A DNA stretch of 64,000 bases from the human T2T-CHM13v2.0 reference genome, Homo sapiens: the NCBI RefSeq assembly GCF_009914755.1, contig NC_060932.1. One strand, 5' to 3'. Below the pieces are notes generated by a model. It was not told the DNA's origin. It saw only the letters and a list, made by a program, of their open reading frames with translations, and did not search any database. Positions within the stretch are counted from its first letter, which is position 1; the number at the start of each line of letters is the position of its first letter. Made by a program: the position numbers and the translations under genes. Below, one piece after another: positions 15,042-31,144 of this stretch.

Positions 15042-15460
15042 TGTGACATGGCTGGGATCTGTGTCTCCACCAAATCTTTTGTCGAATTGCAATCCCCAAT
15101 GTTGGACGTGGAGCCTGGTGGGAGGTGATTAAATCACAGGGGCGGATTTCCTATGAATGGTTCAGCACCATCCCCTTTGGTACTGTCCTCATGACAGTGA
15201 GTGAGTTCTCATAATATCTGGCTGCTTAAAAGTGTGTGACACTGACCACACCTGCCTTGGTCCTGCTCCTGCTATATAAGATGCCTGCCCCTGCTTTGCC
15301 CTTTGCCATGATCAAAAGCTCCCTGAAGCCTCCCCAGAAGCAGATGCTGCTGTGCTTCCTGTACAGCCTGCAGAACCATGACCAAATAAACATATTTTCT
15401 TTAGAAATTACCCAGTCTCAGGTATTTTTTTTTAATAGCAATGTGAGAACAACCTATACA
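15042..15460 (+). mobile_element. MST (ERVL-MaLR) solo LTR
   Basis: AATCCCCAATGTTGGA..GCCTGGTGGGAGGTGATT and ATTACCCAGTCTCAGGTATT signatures; TG...CA ends. Confidence 0.8.
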
Positions 15461-16145
15461 ACCTGCTTAACTTTGTTCATGGCGTTATCACCTCCACACA
15501 TTTTATGCGTTTATTTTTCATTCCCTTCTTCTGGAATTTAAGCTCCACTTGAGTAAGTATTTGTTTTCAGCTATTATATTCCCAGTGGCTAAAGTGGTGC
15601 CTGAAACATGGTGGGAACTTCATAAATACTTGTTGAATGAATTAATTGAATGGATGAGTCGGTGAATGCTATACCCAGAAGGAAATATTAGGTGAGAAAA
15701 ATTTATATGTGATATAATGCACAAAAAGAGTAGTAATACTTAAAACACTCAAAAAGTTAAAAATTTCTTTGTTATAATTTTTTTTTCCTGAAACAAAAAG
15801 CTTCTAAATTAAAATTTGGCCATTTTAAGAGTCTAAATCCAAAGTATTTGTAATAGAAGACATGATTAGGTATAATTCTCTGATTGTCAGGCCATTACAG
15901 AGCTATTCTGGAGCCTGATTTGTTGTGAATTGCCAAGGCACATTTATAGATGGGAGGTGATACATGTACTAGCAAAGACATAGAGCCATGTAATTTAAAT
16001 TATATTTAAATTAATGCAAGAAGAGTCTGAAGAACTCTTCTTTTTTGACACCAATTAGAAGAGAAAGAGGGTTCTAAAGAATAAGCCGTTGGCTGAAGAG
16101 AGACCTGTAATTTATTTGACTCTTTAATTCCACATAATTTCTCTA

Positions 16146-16379
<234 letters not shown>

Positions 16380-17119
16380 TCAAACCCCGATGCAGAATAA
16401 TTAATGAAATAAGTCACCAAGGTACAAGTAGAAAAATTTTTAAAATAAAGGAAACAAAATGCAAACACTTTTTATACATAATTAGATGCATCAGATTCTA
16501 TATTTTCATTACTTCTATTGGACCTCCATACCTATTACAATAACACTATTATGCTTATGCAATAAAAGAAGTATTTTTAACCCTGGATGACATACTGAAT
16601 AATTCCAGAACATTATGCTTGCTGAAACTTTAGCTATGAAACGTAATGATCATAGCACAAAGGCTAGTGAACAAGCTAGCATGGCTGAAGGATCTAGTTC
16701 TTATTTTCTGATTCTATTGATTCCAGCCTTAGCATTCAAGGGATGGCAAATAATAATGAGCACCATGTGGCACTGGAGAGCTTACAGAGCTCTGTCACAC
16801 CCATTATCTTATTTGACCCTTGTGACAACCCCAAGGGTAAATGTTCTCATTCCTACTTTGCAGAAAGAAGAAAAACAAAAAGGACTGAAGCCCTGAGAAG
16901 CTGTAAGTGACTTGCTCCATTGTGCATAATTAGTAGGTGGCTCAGCTGGGATGGAATCTAAAGAAAAAATGTGCTAAGAGAGTAAATTCAAATTATTGTT
17001 ATTTACTTGCTTATTAACTCGATGAAGAATGTGAATACATTACAGATTTTTCTACATGTGAATTAAATGATGGGCTTCAGGCTGATAAAATGTTCCGTAA
17101 ACAAAATTGCCTATTCTTT

Positions 17120-17330
17120 TTTTTTTCTTTTTTTAAAACCTTGTATTTTAAGTTCTGGGGTACATGTGCAAGTTTGTTATACGGTAAACTCATGTCATGG
17201 GGATTTGTTATAGAGATTATTTCATCACCCAGGTATTAAGTTTAGTACCTATTCATCGTTTTTCCTGATCCTGTCCCTCTACCCACCCTCCACCCTCCAG
17301 TAGGCCAAGGGTCACGTTTGTTCCCCTCCA
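17120..17330 (-). mobile_element. L1PA 3' end, heavily 5'-truncated
   Basis: Poly-T then TTTAAGTTCTGGGGTACATGTGCA..CATCACCCAGGTATTAAG. Confidence 0.75.
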
Positions 17331-18087
17331 GAAAATTCCCTATTCTTAATGGTTAGAATTCCAAGAGTTTCTGAGAGTTGATTTTTTTTAATGTTTTCTT
17401 ATATTATTTAGAAAAGAGAGAAATTGCTGTATTACATCCCTATTTTGATTCAAATATAGATTCTAAATATGAAAATCCTTCATATATAAACACAGTTTAT
17501 TGTTTCCGAGGGCTGTCTCTAGTTACCTCCTAAGCCAAGGAGTTGAATCATTATCTGCCTTCGCTAAGGGGTGCGAGGCAAGAAGCCTGGCACCACTCCT
17601 TTTGTTGCTCTGCCTGCCCACTTCAGATGCCTTCAAGTAGCTGCAGATGTTCTAGAGAGAGGCATGTTGTTTTGGTCATTCAGGAAGAGATTCTAAACAC
17701 GAGGCTGGAGTTTTAAGAGGCTTAAAAGTGTCAGAAAGGTGAAGAAAAGACCCTACCATAATAACCAGTGGTTTCTGTCTGCTCTTAGGAACCTTTGTGA
17801 TTTGAGAATTTCATTGTAATTTGCACTCTGGAGCATTTTTGGCTTCTTAGTGGCACTAATTCCTATTTCATATGGTAAGAACAAACTAAAAGTTGAGTTT
17901 CATTATTGTCAACTAGCAGTGCATTATCTTCGACTTATTTTATATCCCTCAGTAACAATTATTTTTAACTGCAGTAGTATAGTGGTATAGTTGTAGACAC
18001 CATTAATTATTTAGCACCTCATGGAAGCAATTGTGTGCCCTGAGGCAGGATGGGAGTGGCCTGAAAGGTTGCTGCTTTCTATTAGTA

Positions 18088-18736
18088 CAGTTGACCCTTG
18101 AACAACACGTGTTTGAACTACACAGGTCCACTTATACAAGAATTTTCTTCCGCCTCTGCTACACCTGAGAGCAAAACCAACTCCTTTTTCTCCTTCTCCT
18201 CAGCCTACTCGACAGTGAAGATGAGGAGGATGAAGACCTTTATGATGATCTAGTCTCACTTAATTACTAGTAAGTATAGTTCTTTTCCTTATAATTTTCT
18301 TAATAACATTTTCTTTTCTCTAGTTTATTTTAAGAATATGGTATATAATACAGATAACATACAAAATTTGTGTTAATAGTAAGGCTTCCAGTCAACAGTA
18401 GCCTATTAGTAGTTCAGTTCTGGGGGAGTCAAAAGTTATATGTGGATTTCTTTCTGTTATTTTGAGACAGAATCTGGCTCTGTTGCCTAGGCTGGAGTGT
18501 AGTGGTGCATCACCACATTCTGCTAATTTTTGTATTTCTAGTAGAGATGGAGTTTTGCCATGTTGGCCAGGCTGGTCTTGAACTCCTGACCTCAAGTGAT
18601 CTGCCTGCCTCAGCCTCCCAAAATGCTGAGATTACAGGAGTAAGCCACCATGCCCAGCCTCAAAAGTTATATGTGGATTTCTGACTGTGGAGTGAGGGTT
18701 GGCATTGTTAACCCCCACTTGTTCAAGGGTCAACTG
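18088..18736. mobile_element. Tigger2a/MER28-like DNA transposon with nested Alu
   Basis: Terminal inverted repeats CAGTTGACCCTTGAACAA / TTGTTCAAGGGTCAACTG, flanked by TA duplication. Confidence 0.85.
18452..18659 (-). mobile_element. Internally deleted Alu nested in Tigger
   Basis: Alu left arm intact, right arm largely deleted; direct repeats TCAAAAGTTATATGTGGATTTCT on both sides. Confidence 0.85.
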
Positions 18737-19165
18737 TACTGTGTTCTGGGTAAGAGAGTGATATTGAAGTAAGAGCAAGAGTTTGGAAGAGAAGAGATGC
18801 GGGTCTGAGTTCTATTTAGACTGTGTGCTGGCTCTGTGTCTTCGCCCAAATTTCTCAGTTAGGAGCCTCCATTTTCTACCCTTCAAAGGGATAGACAATG
18901 CCTAATTTTCCCACTTCCTTTTTTGTATGTGTGACTATATGAGACAATGTGTGTAATACCGAGCATCCAGAAGATGCTGATTAAAATTTAGCCTTTTCTC
19001 TTCCAAGGTTTTCAAAACCAGTAAGATATTTATATTTCAGGAAAAAAAAAAAACCTGTAGCATTAAACGAATGCTTTAAGGATCATTTAGTTGTTTTTCA
19101 ACCTTTTGTTCAAATCCAACTAGTCTCTGCTACCTTACAGAATTTTCATCATATGACAAGGTTTA

Positions 19166-19357
<192 letters not shown>

Positions 19358-20862
19358 CTAAAACCACAAATATGGTCACTCCACGCCCAGCAGAGGAAAT
19401 GAGTTAATAAAAGTCAAATTACATGTTTTCCACATGATATACTTCCTTCTAATGCCCTGATTACTTGATTTTATTCATTCATTCATTTTTATTTTATTTA
19501 TTCTTGCCCAGACAACTTTTCAGCAGTGGATTGATTTTAAACATACTGATATTGGGTCCTAATATCACCCACTTCCATAAAATATTGGGCAAATTATATT
19601 CTCTCTCTGATCCAATAAGGACAACAATAAGACCTGTAGGACAAACCAAGTGAGAATTCAGCCATGTAATGCATAGGACTACACATAGTCTTCTTTGGAA
19701 ACTTGTATTTTACTGCAGAAATGTTAGTATACATTGAAAAAATTATACAGCTGTGCTTATGCAAGGAGTGTGCAATAAAAGTTGAGCAATTGTCTGGCAG
19801 AATGGCTAGTCCATTTTGGTGAGTCTTACTTTGAATGCATCCTTCATAGATTATCCAGTGTGGCTGGCTATATAGACTCAATTCATCATGAAATTGCAAC
19901 CTCTGTACTTCCCTTTGTGTTGTTTAGACAGATAAAATCAAATCTCATCATGCTTAAGGCACAGTATTCAGCAGAAGTTGAAATGTGCTGAAATTACTGA
20001 AGCATCATCTACTGCTGTGACAATTCTTAAGAAACTGTCAGGTTTTAGTTCTTGGATGTTTATAACTCACCCATAAAAACCCACTCTAGGTTAAAAGCTG
20101 ATCTTTAAGGTCTCAGCACAAAAAAGATATATAGCTCGACTCTTCCTCTCACATAGAGGGAGGCAAGTGGCTGTAAATATGCTTTGACTGTGGGTTTATA
20201 CTAGGGAGGAAAACCAGGGCCTCACTTTCACACTCCTAAGACTTTGCTCATTCATTTTAGTAGCTTTTGAGCCTTTTCTGCTTATGGAAAAACGACTCAT
20301 TCTTTGGAGTCTAGCTCAAATGGCTCTTTTTAATTGTGATGCCCTCCTCAGTTTCCATTTTTAGAGCCAAAAAATTCTTCTACATATTAAAACTATCTGC
20401 AGAGGAGCTATGCAGCTAGTCCAACTGTATATATCTTTTTGAGTCTCTTACTCCTCAGTGGCTCTTCCAAATATTCCTCAACAACCTCAATTCCTAGATC
20501 TCACTTTTCCATGCTGTTCTTGGCTGATAACTTACATTACCTAGTCACCTAAGGCTGGGAGACTTGGTATGTTAGGAGAGGGCTTGGGAGATTTAATAGA
20601 GTATTAAGTTGGGAAGCAAGGACTATTAAAAGCATTATTGATTGCTGTTGAGGCTCCAATAATTTGTAGTGACAGTAATTTGAATGGTTTGTGTGATATC
20701 CTTCAGCAATGTTGGGTTTTGTTGTTGCAGGAGTTGAGGAAGATGTATATTCTATAATGGATTGCAGGCTAGGGAAGTACATGAGAGTATGAGAGGAAGA
20801 AAAATGTCAGTTTCTGTGAGTTGCATCACAAAATAGAATATTGTAGTTAAAATGTGATGATT

Positions 20863-21163
<301 letters not shown>

Positions 21164-21439
21164 GAGTGATGATTAGTTCCATCGTATAGTCTCTATGTGG
21201 GAATTTTGAGTGAGTGGAGGGTTTTTTTCTGTCCCAGGCTTTTAAACTTTTATTTCTATCTGTTCCCCTGCTCAGCATCTTTTATTCACTATGAGAGTTT
21301 GAGGCACATATCTGTATCTCTAGCCTCAATCTTTCTCTTGTGGTCTACTACCACATTTTCAGTGACTTGATATTCCTTCTTGTTCCTATTGGAACCTCAA
21401 ATCCAATTTAAAAGCAGATGTGGTGTGGTGTATAAAACA

Positions 21440-21590
21440 GCACTTTTCAAACATTCGTGTGTGTATGAATCACTTGACGATTTTGTTAAAATACAAGTTC
21501 TGATTCACTAGTCTGAGGTGGGGCTTGAACTCTGAATTTCTCAAGTGCTGCTGCTGCTGCTTGTCCAAAGATTACACTATGAGTAACAAG
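21440..21590. mobile_element. MER5A-like MITE remnant
   Basis: GAATCAC..TTGTTAAAATACA..TTCTGATTCA..GTCTGAGGTGGGGC motif. Confidence 0.55.
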
Positions 21591-22306
21591 ATAATTGAAC
21601 TGGTGCTAGAAATAGTATTTTAGTCTTGATGTGAAAATCGTCTTGCACATAGTAAGTGCTCAATACATGTTAAATTTTACTGTTATTATCAGTGTTATTA
21701 TATATGGTTCTTCCATACGACCCTATGAACTACATGTATGAATCAGGGATGCCTCTTAATCTCTTTAAACTGGAGTTTTCTCATTCGTAAAGCAGAGAAA
21801 AAATTGACTGTGATATGACAACTTCACGTTGATTTTACTAGAAATTATAAAATAATGTGATTTTTGCTATTTATATTCAAATGGATTTGAATTTAGTATC
21901 TCTCAAACCAGCTTCCTATTTCATTGTTAATATAATCTCCCCAGCCATGAAGATAATGATATTTTATACTTAACAATTTTTAGCTCTTAGTGTTCATCTT
22001 CCTAAACCTAAATATTTTCTACATAGAGTTTACTTTACTACCCCTCTCTGTATTTCATTAACATGTTAAGGCTGGAACTGCCATATCCCCGTGTATCTGT
22101 ATTAACCTGTTTTATTTTCTATGTTTTGATATGTTAATATCAGGGACTTTGCTGACTGAGGCCTTGCTTGTTTCTCCCACGGTTAGAGATGGTGGCCAAA
22201 TCTCCTGAGAGTGTGTCTTCCATGCGTAAACTAACTAATCTGGAACCCATATCCCAACTGCCTTCTGTATCAGGTTCTTACATGGGCTCCTACATTCAGG
22301 CCACTA

Positions 22307-22558
<252 letters not shown>

Positions 22559-23024
22559 TTACTAGACTGACTTTTTTGAGAATAAATACAAGGAGATGCT
22601 ATAGTAAACATTTGTGAAACAATAACTTATTAATTATTTTATATGGCATTTTGTAGCCTCTGGTTTAAATGACCTCTGAAGTCAATTATAACCCAGTGAT
22701 TTTATAACAATATTTGAAATTTAAGTAAATAAAAGAGATTTTAATGGTTTTCATTAGGGTCCAAGTAAAAAGTTAACTTAGAAACAACTTTCTCTGAGAG
22801 TTCAAACTATGCTATTTGCTGACAGGTCTTTTGATAGATTTAATGGCTTAAAAATGGAAAAGCACTGTTGATCTAATCACATCCTCCTTCAACTCATTAA
22901 AATAGAAGAAAGTTAGTTCAAAAAAAGAAGAACCAGACAGATTTTAATTTTTCCTCCATAAAGTTTACAAAGACCTGTTAGTCTTTCAAAATGACAGCAC
23001 TGTGTATCCAGTGATTCATACTCA

Positions 23025-23207
<183 letters not shown>

Positions 23208-24424
23208 CTATATCATCGAAAGACCACTATTCTTGGGAGAATATAGTACTATTAAATTATAACAAATTTCCTACTAATCAAGATTTTCTTTCTCTAGACA
23301 GCACTGGCAAACAGCATGTGTGCTAATGTAAACTTCTTAATAAATGCTGTGAAATGATGAAACAAGCCCAAGGAGGGTGTTTACTAGCCGTTACCAAAAT
23401 TTGGTAGTCTAAATAACCACCATTTTTATTAGGCTTATAGTTTTATGGGTCAGAATTTTGTGCAAAGCCCAACAGAGATGACTCATTTATGTTCCATGAT
23501 GACCGGGCCCTCAGCTGGTATGAGTTGAATGGCTGGAGATATCTGGAAAGATTTGATTGAAACCAAATGTCTGAAACCTTGATTCTGACTGTTGGCTGGG
23601 TTCCCCTGTTCCTTTCCACATTATGTCCTTTTGGAATGCCCAAGGTAGCTGCTTACCTCACATGTCTGATCCTGAGCTGGGAAGATTGGAACAGTAGAGG
23701 GTGGCTGGGTATCTTTTTTCATTCAGCCTCTCAATGTGACTAGCTTGGGCTTCCTCATAGCATGGATGTCTAAGGTAGATGGATTTTTACATGAGAGCTG
23801 TTTTCCCCCAGAGCAATAGCAGCCCAGGTGGTAGCTGCCAGGTTTCCTATAACTTAGAAGCCCTATATCATCTTATAGTTGTCACATTGTATTTGTCAGT
23901 CAAGTCACTAAGGCCAACCCAGGTTCAAGGGAAGAGACATTTGAATCCACCTCTCAATGAGAGAAGCAGCAAAAATTTGAGGCTGTTTTTAAACTACTAC
24001 ACTATTGATTTGTGGGAATATTATAGAGATCAAATGTATTTATGCAGATGAGAGAATCTTCTATAGTTTAGATCCAATTGTTTTTACTAGTGGAAAACAG
24101 AACAGATGAATATCTCTTCTATTTTTCACCCACATATTATTATATTATTGAATACGTAAACCATGGCAGAGACAGAGGAGAGCTGAGCTCCATCTTAATA
24201 GGGAAATTACTGTTGATTGTAATGGGCAACTGATCTAGAAATTTGGTATTGAAGAAAATCAAGTATGCTCAGAAATGTACTTGATAAAATTTCTGTACTT
24301 GAACAATTGCAAATGAAGAGGCTGAGGTCATTACAGACCAGATAGGAACAGGATGAGAAAAGAATATGATAAGGATTAGTAAAGAACATATAACATTTAC
24401 TTAGCTATCCAGAGAGTCCTTAAC

Positions 24425-24756
24425 ATACTATGGTTTGATTTTATGATGGCATAAAAGCAATATCCATTCAGTAGAAACCATACTTTGCATACTCATACAA
24501 CCATTCTGCTTTTCACTTTTAGTATGGTATTCAATAAATTACATGAGATATTCAACAATTTATTAGAAACTAGGCTTTGTGGTAGATGATTTTGCTGAAC
24601 TGTAGACTAACATAATTGTTCTGTGCACATTTAAGTTAGGTTAGGCTAAGCTATGATGTTTGGTAGGTTAGGTGTATTAACTGCATTTTTGGCTTGCAAT
24701 ATTTTCCCGATAGGTTTATTGTGATGTAACCTCATCAGAAGTCAAAGACATCTGTA
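24425..24756. mobile_element. MER47-like (TcMar-Tigger) element
   Basis: TTCAATAAATTACATGAGATATTCAAC and TAGGCTAAGCTATGATGTTTGGTAGGTTAGGTGTATTAA motifs; ends CATCTG|TA. Confidence 0.7.
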
Positions 24757-26098
24757 TATATATTTCATAATTCTTGTGCACTTAGGCATACTATCTGGTA
24801 ATTCTACATAGCTCTGATAACTTGGTCTGTATCAAGCATTTCCACTGAATCCTTTAAAAATGTCATTTATATAAAGAACGTCTCCAGGTTTTGTTACAGA
24901 GGGACATTAAGATTTTGTGTGTCCCAACTAGCTATTTCAGCATCTTGTACAGACACAGAAAAGGAGTACTTTTTACGGAATCCTGCCCTAGTCGAGCTTT
25001 TATTTCTTATCTAGGTATGCCACATATAACATTAGCACTTTGGGTAACTGGGCACTAAGCTTTGAACAAGGGTGGTCTTTTCTTGTAAAAATAGTTTGAG
25101 ATTTTAAGATCTTCAAATAGTAAGAAGTTGAGGTTTACAAAGAAAGAAAGAAACTGCAGTTGAAGTTAATATTCAAATAAAAACAGATCTAGAAAGAAAT
25201 TACTCATTTTGAAATTCAATACCTTTTGAAGGACATAGGACTCTTTTTTTTTTTTAACCTAGTTCCTTGTTATAGGAACAGAAAAAATAATGAACTCTTT
25301 GGTAGGGCTTGAAAACCACTATGCCAAGAGAATAAAAATGTTACCACTGTATAATTTTTTTCTAGCAGTCTTCCTTGGACTTACTAATATCATAGTGAAC
25401 TTGATGTCAAAGAGAACCACCTTGAAGAAGTCTGGAATTAATTTTATGGATTGCATTTTAACTTTTCAAATTCCAATTTATAATTTCCTATTACCTGATT
25501 TATTTTGGTCACCGGTTTTGGACCTGTGGGTCTCTTTAAATTAAGGAAATTTATTAAACCTGACATTACCCAAGAGTGAAGAGAAACAAGATTCTCTCCC
25601 AACATGGTCAATTCCATGATAAGTGTTGGGATTACTTCCCCTCCAAAGTCACTCAAAAGTTTGTCCTACTTTAACAGGAACAAACATAAGAATTACTTTC
25701 TCCCATTTTCTTTTTTATGATTTTAAAAAATAACAATCAAATGTAAAATTTTGGCATGGATTTTCCAAATCTCAAGGGTTTGGCTTGAACAATTTTTTTT
25801 ATATTAAATAGTCTGCTATGTTAATTGGAAGTTTTCTGCCCTGATGCTTTGAGATTTATTTTAGGATTCTTTTCTCAGTCACATCTTACACCTAGACATG
25901 CATAACCAAAGGTAAGATTTGTAATTTAATTAGATGACCTCTTATGGATTTCCTAAGATTAGCTTAATTAGTCAAGTGTGTCCATCTCTAATATCTACAT
26001 CCCAGTCAGATAGATCTTTTCAAAGAGATTCTATCTGGCTGGATTAACACATGAAGTATCTAATTATTAGCTATACAATGCATCAACTGTATAACACA

Positions 26099-26100
<2 letters not shown>

Positions 26101-26146
<46 letters not shown>
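26101..26146. repeat. (AT)n microsatellite
   Basis: More than 20 perfect AT units. Confidence 0.95.
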
Positions 26147-26149
<3 letters not shown>

Positions 26150-26564
26150 CACATATACTTAGGCATACTTAAAGCAGTAAGGCAGGATTTGACATAAAGC
26201 CATAAAAATATTTAGTATGAAAATAGAAAGCCTTTCTCTGTGAAACAAACATAACATGCAATTTCCCCCAATATATTTTTATGAAACATTTTAAACAAAC
26301 AGAAAAATTAAAAGAATTTTACAGTGAACACTCACATGCCCACTGCCTAGATTCTACCATTAACATTTTACTATGCTTGCTTCGTCACATATTCCTCCAC
26401 TTATTTATCAATAAAACCTTCTTATTTTTTGGATGTATTTCAAAATAATTTCTAGACAGCCAGAAACTTTCTCCTAAAAACAGTACTTCAGAATATATAT
26501 GTTAACTGGAGTTCAGTATTTGTTTAGAGTTATGTTTTATTTTGAATATACAGTTAAAGCACTA

Positions 26565-26913
<349 letters not shown>

Positions 26914-26919
26914 TTAAAG

Positions 26920-28730
26920 AAAGTACAGTATTATCTATAGGCATTATGCCATACAGTAGATTTCTAGGACTTACTCATTTTGCATAATGGAAGCTTTGTA
27001 CTCCTTGACTTACACTTCCCCATTATCCCTTTCCTCCAGCCCCTGGTAACCCCCATCCTACTCTCTACTACTACGAAATTGACTCTTTTAGATTCCACAT
27101 ACAAGTGAGGTCATATGAGGTCAGACGGTATTTCTCTTTCTGTGTCTTGTTTATTTTGCTAGGCATAATGTCCCCCAGCACTATCTATATTGTCACAAAT
27201 GGCAGAATTTCTTTCATTTTAAGGCTGAATGATATTCTATTATATATGTGCATATTTGCCATATTATCTTTATCCTTTCATTAGTTGAGAGAAATTTAGG
27301 TTCCTTCCATGTTTTGGCTATTGCGAATAATGCTGCAATGCTGCAATGAACATGGGAGTGCAGATGTCTCTTTGAGATACAGATTTCAATACCTTTGGGT
27401 ATATTCACAGAAGTGGCATTGCTGGGTCATATGGTAGTTATTTTGTTCTTTTGTTTGTGGATATCCAGTTTTCCCAGTACAATTTATTGGAGAGACTATC
27501 TTTCCTCATTGCATATCCTTAGCACCCTTGGACAGGCAGTTGACCATCTATGTATTCATTTATTTCTGGGCTCTCTATTTTGTTTCATTGGACCATATGT
27601 GTGTTTTTATGCCAGTTTCATACTGTTTTGATTATGGTAGCTCTGTGATATATTTTGAAATCAGGAAGTGGGATGCCTTTGGCTTTGTCCTTTTTGCTCA
27701 AAATTACTTTAGCTATTCGGGGTCTTTTGTGGTTCCATACAAATTTTTGGATTTTTTTCTGTTCCTGTAAAAAAATCATTGAGATTTTGATAGGGATTGC
27801 ATTGAATTTATAGATCATTGTGAGTAGTTGGGACATTTTAACAATATTAATTATTCTAGCCCTTGAATACAGATGTCTTTCAATTTATTAGTTTCTACTT
27901 TAATTTTTTATCAGCATTTTGCAGTTTTCAGTGTACAAGTCTCACACCCCTTTGGTTAAGTTTATTCCAAATATTTTATTCTTTTTGATGCTTAATTTCC
28001 TTTTCAGAGAGTTTATTGTTAGTGTGTAGAAATGCTACTGATTTTTGTATCATTTAATAAATTTTGACAAATGCATATACCTGTGTAACAAAACACATGT
28101 TAAGACATAGAGCCTTGCCATCACTTTAGAAAGTTCTCTCAATTCTTTTCCCAGTCAATCCTTACTCAAATGCGCCAGAGGCAATCACCTGTTCTAATTT
28201 TTTTCTACCGTGGATAAGTTTGCCTGTTTTAGAATTTCACATAAATGAAATCGTACAGTATATATGCTTCCGTATAAGATGTCTTTTACTCAGTATGGTT
28301 TTGAGAGTTATTTATGTTGTGTATTGGTAATTTATTCCTTTTTATTGCTGCATAGTATTCATTGTATCTTTATACCACAGTTTGTTTATTTATTCACCTA
28401 TGGATGAATACCTAGCCTGCCTCAAGTTTTTGGTTTTGATGAATAGAGCTTCTGTGAAAATTCTTGAACAAGTTTTATTCTGTGAACATATATTTTCATT
28501 ACTTTTGGGTAAAATACCTACATTGGAATTTTTGAGTTGTAGGGTAGTTGTGTTTAGTTGTAAAATAAACTGTCAGATCTTTTTCCAATATGGTTTTATC
28601 ATTTCACATTCCCTCTAACAATATGTGAGTTCCAGTAACCCCATGTTATCCTAACACCTGGCATTGTCATTATCCCAGCACTTGGTATTGTCAGTCTTTT
28701 AAATTTCAGCCATTGTGGTAAATCTGTAGT
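26920..28730 (-). mobile_element. Old L1 (L1MA/L1MB/L1ME) fragments including ORF2 C-terminal remnants
   Basis: Minus-strand ORFs [24 protein letters not shown] and PKGIEICISKRHLHSHVHCS resemble L1 ORF2. Confidence 0.8.
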
Positions 28731-30557
28731 GGGACATGCAATTTTTAAAAGTACCCCTTCTATACTTATCTTTCTGTGTGGACCTTCCTAACTACCTCAA
28801 TCCATCTTAGTCCCTAGTTTCTGTAAACTTATTACTGGAAGCAATGGCTATGAGGGAGAACGGTCTTATTAGAATGTAAGTGCTACAAAGGTAGGTGTTT
28901 ATGGGCCTAGTAGCACACAATAGGAATTCACTAATATTTGTTGAATGACTGGAATGGATGAGTGAATGCATACCTAGACTTACTGAAATGAGAATGTAGG
29001 AAGACTGTATCTGTGAACACATCTGTTGAATCTCCTTCTGAACTCTCCCCTGTCATGCTTCTCACTGACCTTCACTTCCTTCTGATCCACTGATTCTTTG
29101 CTCTGGGTTTTTTGTTTTGTTTTGTTTGTTTGTTTGTTTGTTTTTGTTATATTCCAAGGGTGACCCTCTAGGAATTGTAATATAAATATCCTCCCTCTTC
29201 CTCTCCCTTTCCCCCCTCCTCCCTTTCCTTCTCTCTCTCTGCCATTGTCTGATCTCAGCTATGAGGTATCTAGGACATCCTGAATAAATATTTTCATCTA
29301 CCTAAGTCTCATCATCTTTATCTGTAAAATTGAGAAGGTGGATTACCTAAATTTTTCTAGCACTATGGTATAGTAATTCTGATTCCTTCCTTACATCAAC
29401 TAAAGTCAATAATTCCCATGATGCCTTGTTTACTTCTCTTTTTTTCAAAGAAAAGATACATTAGGGACTGGGACTGTGGATTTGTTAAAAAATTTGTGCA
29501 CAGTGGGAAATTTATGTCAGAAAATACATAAAATTGGGATATATGTGGACAAAAATACATTGGGAACATTTTTAAGTATCACATAATCTTAGGTACTTAC
29601 TTGTGTTCTCCTTTTGAACTAAATATTTGCATTCTTTCTCACATTTTACAGTCTAAAGAAGGATGTTATTCACTCAATATAAATAAAAATGCCTTCTATT
29701 GATGTGAATAGAAATTGCTGTTCTGATGAGAATTAATGGAATCATAATAAACTTGACTTATTTTAAATGTTCACAGTGTTCCATTTATGCCCCACAGTCT
29801 GCTGCCTAATTCTAACTAGGTCAAAATTTGCAAATCCAAAGGCCTAATGAGCAACCTTCAATTTATAGGTCACCAGGACCATCACAAGGGTTAAGTTAAA
29901 AAATAGGTAATTATTGCAAAAACTTGGCTTACAAGATCAAAGGGTAACATGAAGCAATAGAAGGAGAAATTGATGTTAAAAAAACTATTAGGATAAGTAT
30001 ACTAGTAACTGACATATGCAAATTATCTAAAAAGATAAGTAAAGAGGCTGCTTTTAAAAGCATTTTCATTGCAAGGGTGGCAACCTGTGTCCCTGACAGT
30101 TGGTAACAGGATTGTTGGAGCTTTGGTTTTGAGTGAGAATGCTTCAGTCTAAATGAGCAGAGCAGAGCTGATGGGGTAATATTTATAGTCAGAGAATGTG
30201 AGTTGTATGATAACAAGGCTGTGGAATTTATCGAAACTAGGTTTGGGCCTAGAAAATGATCACTTTTAGTAGTTTTTCTGTGAGTGATTAAGAAAAATGG
30301 GTAGTTTCTAATCCTTGGGTGCAAGATTCTGTTTGTACCCATGAAATCAAGCTTGTTATTTGGGTTATCAAATCTTTTATATGTTTATTGTTTCTGGTTA
30401 CTTGACCTGTCAATAATTATGTTTGGTGTCTCACACTTTGATGATATATTGGCCAATTTCTCCTCCTTCTATCAATTTTTGCTTTATGGTTTTCTTTGAA
30501 TGATTGTAAGTATTTTATTGGGTGCATACACATTTAGAATTGGAATATCTTGATGGT

Positions 30558-31003
30558 AGTAAATAAAATTTATAGGAGGCCATTGGTTTGGACTAAACTC
30601 TTGCACTAGGCCAAACAGACCAAAGCAAAATGGAATTACTCATGCTGAAGTTCTATGTCACCAAACTGAAACTAAGTTGTTTATCTGCCATTCCAAGAAA
30701 TCAGGAGAGAGAGAAAGAGAGATAGCTAAATCCCCAAACTAGCCAGTTTTATCCAGCATGGTAAGGAAGTCCCCTCTACTTTAACCTTTAGAGGGAAAGT
30801 AACTTTGAAATGACCAGTCCGTTTTTGTTCTCTGTTTCTGCTTTCTTCAGCCCTTTTCTGCCTATGAAGCCAACCTCCTTTGCTCAGCTCATCAGAACAC
30901 TCATTTTATTTTATAGAATTGAGGTGTTGCGTGATTCTAGAATTGCAAATAAAAGCCAATTAAGATCATTAAAATAAATTTGTTGTAATTTTGTCTTTTG
31001 ACA
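30558..31003 (+). mobile_element. ERV1 (MER4 group; MER72/LTR54-like) solo LTR
   Basis: AAATAAAATTTATAGGAGGCCATTGGTTTGGACT start; AATAAA followed by ..GTCTTTTGACA end; subfamily uncertain. Confidence 0.65.
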
Positions 31004-31144
31004 ATCATGAATCAAAACTTTTATCATTATATGGTGAACTTTTTCTCTAAAATGGCTTTTGTTTTAAAGCTTATTTTGACTAATGTTAATTGACAATCTC
31101 TATTAGCATGTGAGTTTAGTTCACATTAATTTACTGCACATATT

